A DNA stretch of 64,000 nt, taken from contig CACNAF010000001.1 of assembly GCA_902618385.1 (NCBI GenBank), forward strand, positions 40,207-104,206, read 5' to 3'. Shown one piece after another: positions 17,542 to 27,686 of this stretch (the first letter of the stretch is position 1; each line of letters opens with the position of its first letter). Source of the DNA: an uncultured Alphaproteobacteria bacterium (GTDB taxonomy: Bacteria > Pseudomonadota > Alphaproteobacteria > HIMB59 > GCA-002718135). Below the pieces are notes generated by a model, which had not been told where the DNA came from, did no database searches, and saw only the letters and a program-made list of their open reading frames with translations. The position numbers were made by a program, and so were the translations under genes.

Positions 17542-18531
17542 TTATCTTAAACCTGCGTTAGCAAGTTCCATAACTGATTTGTAATTCTCAGTATGTACAA
17601 ATCCTGCACCAGTATCTTGATTTAATGCTCCAGTTCCAAGAACTTTCATTTGACATAAAGCAAGTACAGGTAGGTAGCCTTGTAAGAATGGTTGCTGATC
17701 AGAAGTTAAATGAACATAACCATTTTCAAAAGCCGTCATGATTTGCGGACTAGTATCAAAGCCAATTTGCAATAATTCTCCTGGACCATATCCAGCAGCT
17801 TTAGCATATGCTTCAGCATTTCCTAGTTTCTGACCACCATCATGTACAATAATTTTTGTATCAGGATTTGCAGCTAGTGCAGCTGAAAATACAGGGATTG
17901 CAAGATTTGGATCAGTTGCTTGTTCTGGAGTACCATCTAGAACTACAACGTTCATTCCATGTTCTTCAAAAATTATTCTAGCACCGTCTTCTCTTTGCGC
18001 TCTTGAATAATCTCCAATTGGAACCATTACAATAGCTGTATCACCAGCTTTAAGATCAAATCTTCTAATCGCTTCTCTTGCTAATTCTTTACCTTGAGTT
18101 GCAAGATTTGCACCAACGTATCCACCCCCAAAAGCAGCTCTTACTGCAGGAACATCAACGTTTTGATACATCATTAAGATACCAGCTTCACTAGCCATTT
18201 TAGCTAGAGGCATAATTGCATCATCACCAGGGTGACCCATCATACCGATACCATCAACGCCAGCACCAATTGCTTCTCTTAGTTGTTGAATCATTCTGTC
18301 TGACTGCCATTCTGAATAAAGAATTTCTGCATCAGCACCAGTATCTCTTATAGCATTTTCCGCACCAGTTTGAACTATTCCTGCGAAACCATCACCTTCA
18401 GCTCCACCAGCAAAGAAGTGAATTCTTACATCACTACACCATCCATCACCTAAGTTTTTATCAATAGCATAAACTGAACCACTGAAATAAAAAACGAAGA
18501 GTGTTGATAATAAAATTTTTAATATTTTCAT
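17542..18531 (-). CDS. Periplasmic sugar-binding protein (RbsB/FrcB-like, type I PBP)
   Basis: 329 aa with a signal peptide. GGAGG SD upstream. Periplasmic binding protein/LacI-like fold pattern. Confidence 0.85.
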   Translation of the reverse strand: MKILKILLSTLFVFYFSGSVYAIDKNLGDGWCSDVRIHFFAGGAEGDGFAGIVQTGAENAIRDTGADAEILYSEWQSDRMIQQLREAIGAGVDGIGMMGHPGDDAIMPLAKMASEAGILMMYQNVDVPAVRAAFGGGYVGANLATQGKELAREAIRRFDLKAGDTAIVMVPIGDYSRAQREDGARIIFEEHGMNVVVLDGTPEQATDPNLAIPVFSAALAANPDTKIIVHDGGQKLGNAEAYAKAAGYGPGELLQIGFDTSPQIMTAFENGYVHLTSDQQPFLQGYLPVLALCQMKVLGTGALNQDTGAGFVHTENYKSVMELANAGLR

Positions 18532-18593
18532 TATTCCTCCCTTGAATAAATATAATGTAAATGAACTTAAAAAATTAAATTAATAATGTCAAC

Positions 18594-20030
18594 CTAGTAG
18601 AGTCTTTTACTAATCCTTTTAGTCTGTCCGTGACTATACACCCCATCTACGCCACCATCTCTTCCATAACCTGATCTTTTGTAACCACCACCTGGAAGAT
18701 TATTTCCATCAACAAACCAATCGTTTTGCCAAATTATTCCAGCCTGAATTCTATCAGCAGTCCATTTTGCTTTTTGATCATCTGAAGTAAATACTCCGGA
18801 AGCAAGACCGTATTTTGTTGAATTAGCTATACTTATTGCCTCTTCTTCATCTTCAAAATCAAATATTGATGTTACAGGGCCAAATATTTCTTCTTGAGCT
18901 ATTGTTGCATCAACTTTGACATTATCAAAAATAGTTGGTTGATAAAAATTTCCATCATTTCTTTCAGCTTTATCTCCGCCTATTGTTAAAGTAGCACCTG
19001 ATTGTACACCAGATTTTACATAATTTGAAACTCTTTGCATTTGATCAGTTGAGATTAAGGGTGTAACTTCCGTTCCTTCCTCATCACCTGCACCTATTTT
19101 TAATTTTTGGGTTTTTGCAACAAGCTTTGTCATATACTCATCTTTAATTTTTGGATGAACTATAACTCTAGACATTGCCACACATATTTGACCTGCATTT
19201 GGTTTAAAAATTCCTTTAACTGTGCTGTCTACAGCTTTATCAATATCAGCATCGGGATAAATTATAGCTGCAGACTTTCCTCCTAATTCAAAATGAGTAG
19301 GAATAATTCTATCTGCTGTTTCTTTTAGAATTTCAGATGCAACTTCAGGCGATCCAGTAAATACAATATAATCACTTCCAGGATGTTGAACCAGTTTTCT
19401 TCCAGTTGTTTCACCATAACCATGAACAATATTTATAATTCCATCTGGAACGCCTACATCTTTAAATATTTGACCATAAAAATTAGATGATATAGGACAA
19501 AGTTCAGGAGGTTTGATAACTATTGTATTTCCAACAATCCAGTTTTGCGCAACCATACCTGAAAAAATAGAAACAGGATAGTTCCACGGAACAATTTGAA
19601 GAGCTACCCCAAAAGGCTCAAGTACAACATAATTTAAAGTATCATGTCCAGAAGGTATAAGTTTATTTTCTATTTTATCTGTAAGTCCTGCATAAAAATC
19701 AAAGGTGTCTGCAGCACCTTTAAATTCATCAATACATTGTTTAATCGTTTTACCATTTTCTTGGCTAAGAAGTTTACCGCCTTCTTCTTTTTTTTCTCTT
19801 AATTTTTGAGCAATAGCTCTCATCATGTTTGATTTATTTTTTGAGTCCATATCGACTAAAATTCTTTTATCGAATGCTCTTTTTGCAGCTTTGAAAGCTA
19901 AATCTATTTCTTCATCCAAAGCTTCATCAATATTACCAACAATTTTTTGATTAGCCGGATTTAATATAGGAATATTTTTCTTTGAGAGTGAATCAATGAA
20001 TTTACCATCAATAAAATTTCTTAACTCCAT
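18594..20030 (-). CDS. NAD(P)-dependent aldehyde dehydrogenase
   Basis: 478 aa. ELGGKS and catalytic-Cys region GQICVAMSR, plus EEIFGPV, all typical of the ALDH superfamily. Confidence 0.9.
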   Translation of the reverse strand: MELRNFIDGKFIDSLSKKNIPILNPANQKIVGNIDEALDEEIDLAFKAAKRAFDKRILVDMDSKNKSNMMRAIAQKLREKKEEGGKLLSQENGKTIKQCIDEFKGAADTFDFYAGLTDKIENKLIPSGHDTLNYVVLEPFGVALQIVPWNYPVSIFSGMVAQNWIVGNTIVIKPPELCPISSNFYGQIFKDVGVPDGIINIVHGYGETTGRKLVQHPGSDYIVFTGSPEVASEILKETADRIIPTHFELGGKSAAIIYPDADIDKAVDSTVKGIFKPNAGQICVAMSRVIVHPKIKDEYMTKLVAKTQKLKIGAGDEEGTEVTPLISTDQMQRVSNYVKSGVQSGATLTIGGDKAERNDGNFYQPTIFDNVKVDATIAQEEIFGPVTSIFDFEDEEEAISIANSTKYGLASGVFTSDDQKAKWTADRIQAGIIWQNDWFVDGNNLPGGGYKRSGYGRDGGVDGVYSHGQTKRISKRLY

Positions 20031-20076
20031 ATAAAGATATAGATAAAACTAAAGCTGAAGATGTGTCAAGTATAGT

Positions 20077-21087
20077 TTAATTATTCGGAACTTGAACTTG
20101 AATAAAATAATCTGGATTTTTAGATTTCTTAATAACTGCTGGTATAATTTCTTTATACGCTTGATATAAAGTTTGTGGTTCAGGCATTTGATCTTTTATA
20201 ACTTCATATAATTTAGGAAGATTGTATGAAGGTATCATAGGAAACATATGATGCTCAATATGGTATTCCATCTTCCAATAAATAAAACTAAAAATTGGGT
20301 TAAGTCTAACTGATCTTGTTGATAGTCGGTGATCCTTTGCATTTTCTTTTAGACCCATGTGTTGTGTTACACCCCAGATGCCATTAATGCCAAAGAACTT
20401 TGGAATTAAAAATAAAAATATTGGAAGAAAGTTAGAAAAGTAAATTGAGGCAGCTATAATTGATATCCATAGTAAGACAAAAATTCTAGAACTATTAATA
20501 CAATCTTTTATTTTATCTTCTGGAATGCAATCTTTCATTACATCAGTCTTAATACCTAAGGCATGTTTTATAATTTCTACATAAAGAGATTTATGAATAG
20601 TGAAAAAACCAATTCCAGGAATAAAATTTAAAATAAAACTTAAAAATGTATGTTTGGCAAAAATACTCCCATCAACTTCATAGTCATGAGGGTCGACTGA
20701 AGCTGTATAACTATGATGAAGAGAGTGACTCCATTTCCATCTAACAGGTTCAAAATTGTTCATAAAACTAGCAATGTTATAGAAAAATTTATTTAACTTT
20801 CTATTTTTGAAGGCGGTTCCATGACCACACTCATGCCATATAGCGTCAGCTCCACCCCAAACGGTACAATAAGCAAGGTAGGCAGGTACAAACCATAAAG
20901 TTTGCCATGTATAAATTGATAATACGCATAGAGCAGTTAATGATATTGTATAAATAATTATATGTTTCCAGCCTTCAAAATCTGATCTTTTAGAGAGTTT
21001 TTTAAGAGTTTTTCTATCTATATTAGCTCTAAACCATTCTTCGGAGATGTTATTTATACCTGTTTGAACTTTTTTAATTTCTGACAT
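20077..21087 (-). CDS. Membrane fatty-acid-desaturase-family di-iron oxygenase (paralog 2)
   Basis: His boxes HECGH, HSLHH, HIEHH. Start set at MSEIKKV (21087) by analogy with the paralog's MSEKLDN; the ORF-track start is 21135. Confidence 0.8.
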   Translation of the reverse strand: MSEIKKVQTGINNISEEWFRANIDRKTLKKLSKRSDFEGWKHIIIYTISLTALCVLSIYTWQTLWFVPAYLAYCTVWGGADAIWHECGHGTAFKNRKLNKFFYNIASFMNNFEPVRWKWSHSLHHSYTASVDPHDYEVDGSIFAKHTFLSFILNFIPGIGFFTIHKSLYVEIIKHALGIKTDVMKDCIPEDKIKDCINSSRIFVLLWISIIAASIYFSNFLPIFLFLIPKFFGINGIWGVTQHMGLKENAKDHRLSTRSVRLNPIFSFIYWKMEYHIEHHMFPMIPSYNLPKLYEVIKDQMPEPQTLYQAYKEIIPAVIKKSKNPDYFIQVQVPNN

Positions 21088-21203
21088 TACAACATATAAA
21101 TAATAAAAATTTAGACTTTTTCCAGTAAAATTCACTTATTTATTTTATAACAAATAATAAATATTTAGGTTATTGAGACAGAAATTTTAATACATTCTGC
21201 ACT

Positions 21204-22502
21204 ATGATGAATCTTACAATCGTTGGTACTGGTTACGTTGGTTTGGTGACGGGAGTTTGCTTTGCTGAATTTGGATATTCTGTAAGATGCATCGATAAAG
21301 ATTCAGAGCGTCTTGAAAAACTCCAATCAGGTACGTGTCCATTTTTTGAACCTGGAATGGATAAGCTTTTAGATAAGCATATTAATAAAACAAAATTATT
21401 ATCTTTTGCTTCAAGTATAAAAAATAATTCAGAAAATACAGATATTTTTTTTATAACTGTTGGAACTCCTACAAGAAGGTTAGAAGATGAAGCAGATTTA
21501 AGTTTTGTATGGCAAGTCGCAGATGAAATTTCAGAAAGTATAAAAAAATATTGTTTAGTTGTAACTAAATCCACCGTACCAGTTGGAACAACATGTGAAG
21601 TAAAAAAAATTATATCTAATAAAGTTGATCAAAAATTTTTTGATGTAGTTTCTAATCCAGAATTTTTACGAGAAGGATCTGCTATTGATGATTTTATTAG
21701 ACCAGATAGAGTTGTAATAGGAACAGATAATAAAAAATCTGAAAATATAATGAGGGAACTTTATAGACCTTTATTTCTTAAAGAAACTCCAATAGTGGCT
21801 ACATCAATAGAAACTGCAGAAATAATTAAATATGCATCCAATAGTTTTCTAGCAACTAAAATTGCATTTATTAATGAGGTTGCTGACTTATGTGAAGTAG
21901 TAGGAGCTGATGTTCAGCAAGTAGCACATGCAATGGGAATAGATAAACGTATTGGTTCGAAATTTTTAAATGCGGGACCTGGATTTGGAGGTTCATGTTT
22001 TCCAAAAGATGTAAAAGCATTCGCCTCTACAGCTAAAAAGAAAAATATTAATTTATCTATAATTAATGCAGTGAATAATTCTAATCAAGATCGTATAATT
22101 AAAATTTCTAATAAAATTAGTTCGAAAATAAAAAATAATTCTATCGTTACCTTTCTTGGTCTAAGCTTTAAACCTAACACAGATGATGTAAGAGATTCTA
22201 CATCGATGAAAATTGCATCATCACTTTTTGAACAAGGATTTAAAATACAATGTTATGATCCAGAGGCAATGGACAATGCTAAAAAAGAAAATTCTAATCT
22301 TGTTTTATGTAATTCTGCCTATGAAGCTTGTGAGGGATCGTCTGCAATCATTATTGGAACAGAATGGAATGAATTCAGAGCATTAAATTTTGAGAAAATA
22401 TCTAAATTATTAAAAGACAAAATAATATTTGATTTAAGAAACATCTATATTCCAAAAGATTTAAAAGAAATGGGCTATGAATACTATGGAACAGGTAAAT
22501 AA
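21204..22502 (+). CDS. ugd: UDP-glucose 6-dehydrogenase
   Basis: N-terminal GTGYVGLV Rossmann motif, catalytic region GFGGSCFPKD. 432 aa. Confidence 0.9.
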   Translation: MMNLTIVGTGYVGLVTGVCFAEFGYSVRCIDKDSERLEKLQSGTCPFFEPGMDKLLDKHINKTKLLSFASSIKNNSENTDIFFITVGTPTRRLEDEADLSFVWQVADEISESIKKYCLVVTKSTVPVGTTCEVKKIISNKVDQKFFDVVSNPEFLREGSAIDDFIRPDRVVIGTDNKKSENIMRELYRPLFLKETPIVATSIETAEIIKYASNSFLATKIAFINEVADLCEVVGADVQQVAHAMGIDKRIGSKFLNAGPGFGGSCFPKDVKAFASTAKKKNINLSIINAVNNSNQDRIIKISNKISSKIKNNSIVTFLGLSFKPNTDDVRDSTSMKIASSLFEQGFKIQCYDPEAMDNAKKENSNLVLCNSAYEACEGSSAIIIGTEWNEFRALNFEKISKLLKDKIIFDLRNIYIPKDLKEMGYEYYGTGK

Positions 22503-23892
22503 ATTGAAAATTGAAAATTTCGATAAAGAGGTTTTAAGAGAGTATGATATCCGAGGAGTGGTTGGAAATAATATTAATCAAAATACTGCTTATACTATTG
22601 GAAGAACATTTGCATACACGGTAATTAATCGATTAAAATCTAACATAATTGCTACAGGTTATGATGGAAGATTAACATCACCAGATTTACATAAAGCACT
22701 ATGTGAAGGTTTAAAAGATTCAGGTGCTAAGGTAATTAATATTGGTATGGGTCCTACACCTATGACTTACTTTGCTCATTACCATCTTAATGCAGATGCT
22801 GTTATAATGGTTACAGGCTCTCATAATCCTTCAGAATATAATGGCTTTAAAATGGTTTTAAATAAGCATTCTTTTTATGCCGAAGATATTCAAAGCCTTC
22901 AAAAATTAATTGATCAAAATGATTTAAAATTAATTGAAGGTAAAATCATTAATCAAGATATTAAAAAAGATTATAACGAAAGATTATTACAAAATATTAA
23001 TCTCAATAAAAAAATAAAGATAGCTTGGGATATTGGTAATGGTGCGATGGGAGCTGTCATTAAGGAAGTTACAAATAATTTAAATAATTCTGAAAACATA
23101 TTAATTAATGAAGAAGTTGATGGAAATTTCCCTAATCATCATCCAGATCCAACTGTTCCAAAAAATATGGAGCAATTGATAAAGTCAGTCAAAGATAACA
23201 AATGTGATATAGGTCTGGCTTTTGATGGAGATGGAGATCGTTTAGGTGTTGTAGACAACTTAGGGAATTTAGTTTGGGCAGATCAATACATGTTACTACT
23301 ATGCACAGAAATTGCTAACTTATACGATAACCCAAAAATAATTATGGATGTCAAATGTAGTAAAGTTTTTTTTGATGAAGCAAAAAAACTTAATTGCGAT
23401 CCTATTATGTCTAAAACTGGTCACTCTCCAATAAAAGAAAAAATGAAAGAATTACAATCCCCTTTATCAGGAGAAATGAGTGGTCATGTATGTTATTCAG
23501 ATGATTTTTATGGTTACGACGATGCTATGTACGTAGCATTACGATTACTTAGAATACTATGTAATCAAGAAAAATCCTTGAATGAGTTAATTAATGTATA
23601 TCCAAAAACTTATTCAACTCCTGAAACAAGGTTTGATGTAGATGAAACAAAAAAATTTTTAATTATTGAAGAAATAAAAGAAAGAATAAAAAATACAGAA
23701 GGTAAAATAATAGATATTGATGGAATAAGAGTTGAAAATGATGATGGGTGGTTTCTAATGAGAGCTAGTAATACCCAAAACCAACTAACTTGTAGAGCAG
23801 AGTCTACTTCCCAAGAAGGCCTTAAGTCTTTAATAGCAATTATCGAAAATCAGTTATCTCTAAGCAGTGTAAATTATAAGTTTACAGTCTAA
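22477..23892 (+). CDS. Phosphomannomutase/phosphoglucomutase
   Basis: REYDIRG, phosphoserine loop TGSHNP, metal loop FDGDGDR, sugar loop GEMSGH. The start could instead be Met4 (22486). Confidence 0.9.
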   Translation: MNTMEQVNKLKIENFDKEVLREYDIRGVVGNNINQNTAYTIGRTFAYTVINRLKSNIIATGYDGRLTSPDLHKALCEGLKDSGAKVINIGMGPTPMTYFAHYHLNADAVIMVTGSHNPSEYNGFKMVLNKHSFYAEDIQSLQKLIDQNDLKLIEGKIINQDIKKDYNERLLQNINLNKKIKIAWDIGNGAMGAVIKEVTNNLNNSENILINEEVDGNFPNHHPDPTVPKNMEQLIKSVKDNKCDIGLAFDGDGDRLGVVDNLGNLVWADQYMLLLCTEIANLYDNPKIIMDVKCSKVFFDEAKKLNCDPIMSKTGHSPIKEKMKELQSPLSGEMSGHVCYSDDFYGYDDAMYVALRLLRILCNQEKSLNELINVYPKTYSTPETRFDVDETKKFLIIEEIKERIKNTEGKIIDIDGIRVENDDGWFLMRASNTQNQLTCRAESTSQEGLKSLIAIIENQLSLSSVNYKFTV

Positions 23893-24994
23893 CAAAACAA
23901 TCACGATTATATTTTTTTAGTCTTTTACAAGCTGTATACGCTTCTTTTTTAGAATAATTTTCAAATCTAGATTCATAAAGTTGTTTACCACTAACTTTTA
24001 TCAACACTATATTCGATATTTTATCTTTTGTAGAAACTGGATATTTACTTTTAATTAATTTGATTTGTTTTTCTGCATTATTTCTATACTTAAATGTTCC
24101 AACAACAATGGAATAAGCATTTTTTTTCTTTTCAATTTTTTTCTTTGCAGTCTCGTCTTTTTTAACTATTTTTTTGTTACTACTTTTTGTCTTAATATTT
24201 AATTCAGCAAATTCTTTATCCATTATTATTTTCAAAGATTTATTGCGTTGGCTTCCAGTATCACCTCCAAAAATAATTCCTATTAATCTCTTATCATCTC
24301 TAACTGCTGAAAAAGCTAACTGAAAACCAGATGCTTTTATATATCCAGTTTTAATTCCATCAGCACCATCGTAGCTTAACATTAATTTATTATGCGTTTT
24401 GTACGTCTTACCCTTATAAGTAAATTTTGTTTTGCTAAACAATTTATACTCTTCTGGAAAATTTGAAATTAGTGCATGTGAAAGTTTTGCTATATCTCTT
24501 GCAGTTGTTAATTGCGCTCTATTGGGAAGACCTGACGCATTTTTAAATGTTGTATTATTCATACCTAAATTTTTTGCATAGCTTGTCATAAGTTTGGCAA
24601 ACTCTTTTTCACTACCTGATATATTTTCAGAAACTACAGTTGCTACATCATTTGCTGATTTAATTATAAGCGCATTAATTGCATCTCTAACTTTTATACT
24701 TGATCCTGCTTCTAAATAAAGTTTACTTGGTGATCTTGAAGCGGCAATATTTGATACACTTAATTGACTATCATAAGTAAGCTTTCCTCTATTAATATAA
24801 TCAAACACTATGTAGAGAGTCATTATTTTAGTTAAGGATGCTGGATAATTTCTCGTATCGGCGTTAACTTCGAATAATACTTCTTCTGTGTCAAAATCAA
24901 TAACGATTGCTGCTTTTTTAGCAAAAAGATTTGATGAAAAACCTAATATAAAAAAACTATTTAAAATTATGATTAATAATAAATTTTTTTTCAT
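23882..24994 (-). CDS. D-alanyl-D-alanine carboxypeptidase (PBP5/6-type, S11) with a C-terminal SPOR-like domain
   Basis: Signal peptide, SxxK (ASLTKIMT), SAND (SxN) and KTG motifs. The C-terminal ~75 aa (YSIVVGTFKYRNNAEK...) resemble a SPOR domain. Confidence 0.85.
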   Translation of the reverse strand: MKKNLLLIIILNSFFILGFSSNLFAKKAAIVIDFDTEEVLFEVNADTRNYPASLTKIMTLYIVFDYINRGKLTYDSQLSVSNIAASRSPSKLYLEAGSSIKVRDAINALIIKSANDVATVVSENISGSEKEFAKLMTSYAKNLGMNNTTFKNASGLPNRAQLTTARDIAKLSHALISNFPEEYKLFSKTKFTYKGKTYKTHNKLMLSYDGADGIKTGYIKASGFQLAFSAVRDDKRLIGIIFGGDTGSQRNKSLKIIMDKEFAELNIKTKSSNKKIVKKDETAKKKIEKKKNAYSIVVGTFKYRNNAEKQIKLIKSKYPVSTKDKISNIVLIKVSGKQLYESRFENYSKKEAYTACKRLKKYNRDCFVRL

Positions 24995-25077
24995 TTTTTC
25001 ATGATTAACATAAGATTTTCGATGCTTTCAAACAGAAAAATACTTTAAAATATTTTAAAACATATTATTTAATAATT

Positions 25078-25413
25078 ATGGCAAATGAGGATCAAAATAA
25101 TAACAATAATAAGGACGATTTTCAAAGAGGCCTTTTATTAGATACAAAGCCTAAGACAAAAAAACCATCTATGTATAATGTTCTACTTTTAAATGATGAC
25201 TATACCCCTATGGAGTTTGTTGTTATGGTATTAGAAAAAATATTTAATAAAAAACAGGAGGAGGCTACACAAATCATGCTACATGTTCACAAAAATGGTA
25301 TTGGTGTTTGTGGAACATTTACTTATGAAGTAGCTGAGTCTAAATGCAAATCAGTAATGGATATGGCAAAAAAAAATGAACATCCTTTACAATGCACAAT
25401 GGAAAAAAATTAA
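25078..25413 (+). CDS. clpS: ATP-dependent Clp protease adaptor ClpS
   Basis: [18 protein letters not shown] core motif. 111 aa, immediately upstream of clpA. Confidence 0.9.
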   Translation: MANEDQNNNNNKDDFQRGLLLDTKPKTKKPSMYNVLLLNDDYTPMEFVVMVLEKIFNKKQEEATQIMLHVHKNGIGVCGTFTYEVAESKCKSVMDMAKKNEHPLQCTMEKN

Positions 25414-27686
25414 TGCTGTCACAAAATTTAGAAAAAACATTAAGAGAAGCATATCAACTAGCGACTACTTATAAGCATGAGTATGTAACTCTAGAGCATT
25501 TATTATTTTCTCTTTTGGAAGACCAAGATGCAATTAGTGTTCTAAAAGCGTGCGCAGTAGATATTTCAAATTTAAAAGAAAGTGTTGAGAAATTTATTAT
25601 TAATGATTTAGAAAATCTCAAAGAGAACTTTACTGGAGAGCCAAAATTAACAAATGGTTTTCAAAGAGTTTTGCAAAGAGCTGCTATTCACGTGCAATCG
25701 AGTGGAAGAGAGAGTGTTACAGGAGCTAACATGATTGTAGCTTTATTTTCTGAGAAAGAAAGTCATGCAGTATATTTTCTTCATCAACAAAATATGAGCA
25801 GATTAGATGCTGTTCAATATATTTCACACGGTATTTCTAAAAGTAATGAAAGTTTTGAAAATGAAGAATTTGTAGATAGTCAAACAAATGACAATAATGA
25901 ACAACAAAAACCGAAAAGTGCTTTAGGTCAATTTTGTATTAATTTAAATGAAAAATCAAAAGATGGTAAAATTGATAAGCTAATCGGAAGAAGCAAAGAA
26001 CTAGATAGAACAATTCAAATTTTATGCAGAAGACAAAAAAATAATCCTTTATTTGTTGGAGATCCTGGTGTTGGGAAAACAGCAATTGCTGAAGGATTGG
26101 CAAAAAAAATTACAGAAAAAAAAGTACCTAAAATTATGGAGGACGCAATTATATATTCACTGGATATGGGCGCTCTACTTGCAGGTACAAGATACAGAGG
26201 TGATTTTGAAGAGAGATTGAAAGCAGTTCTTAAAGAGTTACAAAAAAAAGACAAAGCTGTTTTATTTATAGATGAAATCCATACTGTTATTGGAGCAGGA
26301 GCTACCAGTGGAGGATCAATGGATGCTAGTAACTTATTAAAACCTTCTCTAGGCAATGGTACTCTTAAATGCATTGGGTCAACTACTTATAAGGAGTTTA
26401 AAAACTATTTTGAAAAAGATAGAGCTTTGGTCAGAAGATTCCAAAAAATTGACGTTAAAGAACCATCAAAAGATGAAACAATCAAAATTCTTGAAGGTTT
26501 AAAAACTTACTATGAAGAACATCATAATATTAAATATTCACCTGAAGCAATTATTAGCGCTGTTGAATTATCAAATAAATATATAGGTGATAGGAAACTT
26601 CCAGATAAAGCCATTGATGTCATTGATGAAGCAGGTGCATCACAATATTTATTGCCCGAAGAGAAAAGAAAGAAAATTATTCTATCAAAAGACATAGAAG
26701 CAGTTGTTGCTTTAATGGCAAGAATTCCAACAAAATCTGTTAATCAAAGTGATAAGAATAGTCTAAAAAATCTAGAAAGAGATTTGAAAAATTTCGTATT
26801 TGGTCAAGACAAAGCTATAGAAGAACTTTCATCTTCCATAAAGTTAGCAAGAGCAGGGCTTAGAGAAGATGGTAAGCCAATAGGCTCCTATTTATTTTCT
26901 GGACCTACTGGAGTTGGAAAGACTGAGGTAGCTAAACAATTAAGTAATACACTTGGTATTAAACTTCTTAGATTTGATATGTCCGAATATATGGAACGTC
27001 ATACTGTGAGCAGATTGATCGGGGCTCCTCCAGGTTATGTTGGTTTTGATCAAGGGGGATTATTAACAGATGGAGTAGATCAAAATCCTCATTGTGTACT
27101 TCTTTTAGATGAAATTGAAAAAGCTCACTTTGATTTATTTAATATACTACTTCAAGTAATGGATTATGGAAAACTGACTGATCACAATGGAAAGACTATA
27201 GATTTTAGAAATGTTATATTAATCATGACAACTAATGCTGGTGCAATTGATGTATCTAAAAACAAAATAGGATTTAATGCAAAAAGATCTAACGATGATA
27301 GTAGTGACGCAATTAATAGAATCTTTTCACCCGAATTTAGAAATCGAATTGATTCAATAATACATTTTAATCATTTATCTAAAAATATAGTACTTTCTAT
27401 CGTAGATAAGTTCATCATAGAAATTGAGGCTCAACTTGAAGATAAAGGTGTTTCATTATCAATTAATAAGGAAGCAAAAGAATTATTAGCCGAAGAAGGC
27501 TATGATGAGGTTTATGGCGCAAGAGAATTGGGAAGAGTAATACAAGAAAAAGTCAAAAAACCTATGGCTGAAGAACTAATTTTTGGCAAATTATCTAAGG
27601 GTGGCCACGTAGAAATAACATGCAAGGATAAAAAAATTAGTTTTGAATTTTCGAATAAGCAAGAAGTTAAAAAAGAACTTGCTTAA
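25413..27686 (+). CDS. clpA: ATP-dependent Clp protease ATP-binding subunit ClpA
   Basis: Two AAA+ modules (GDPGVGKTA and GPTGVGKTE Walker A). N-terminus [10 protein letters not shown] resembles E. coli ClpA. Start is taken at the ATG overlapping the clpS stop (TAATG); the ORF-track start is 25392. Confidence 0.95.
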   Translation: MLSQNLEKTLREAYQLATTYKHEYVTLEHLLFSLLEDQDAISVLKACAVDISNLKESVEKFIINDLENLKENFTGEPKLTNGFQRVLQRAAIHVQSSGRESVTGANMIVALFSEKESHAVYFLHQQNMSRLDAVQYISHGISKSNESFENEEFVDSQTNDNNEQQKPKSALGQFCINLNEKSKDGKIDKLIGRSKELDRTIQILCRRQKNNPLFVGDPGVGKTAIAEGLAKKITEKKVPKIMEDAIIYSLDMGALLAGTRYRGDFEERLKAVLKELQKKDKAVLFIDEIHTVIGAGATSGGSMDASNLLKPSLGNGTLKCIGSTTYKEFKNYFEKDRALVRRFQKIDVKEPSKDETIKILEGLKTYYEEHHNIKYSPEAIISAVELSNKYIGDRKLPDKAIDVIDEAGASQYLLPEEKRKKIILSKDIEAVVALMARIPTKSVNQSDKNSLKNLERDLKNFVFGQDKAIEELSSSIKLARAGLREDGKPIGSYLFSGPTGVGKTEVAKQLSNTLGIKLLRFDMSEYMERHTVSRLIGAPPGYVGFDQGGLLTDGVDQNPHCVLLLDEIEKAHFDLFNILLQVMDYGKLTDHNGKTIDFRNVILIMTTNAGAIDVSKNKIGFNAKRSNDDSSDAINRIFSPEFRNRIDSIIHFNHLSKNIVLSIVDKFIIEIEAQLEDKGVSLSINKEAKELLAEEGYDEVYGARELGRVIQEKVKKPMAEELIFGKLSKGGHVEITCKDKKISFEFSNKQEVKKELA

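Noticed and set aside
25392-25412. ORF-track N-terminal extensions that create gene overlaps: ClpA from 25392, RidA-family gene from 29333, PPIase from 29315, PdxJ from 32354, unknown paralog B from 36579, SBP from 41279, desaturase-like gene from 21135
   Set aside because: In each case an internal Met gives a protein N-terminus matching the family (for example [10 protein letters not shown] for ClpA), restores a signal peptide, or is preceded by a GGAGG SD. The longer forms would overlap neighbouring genes.
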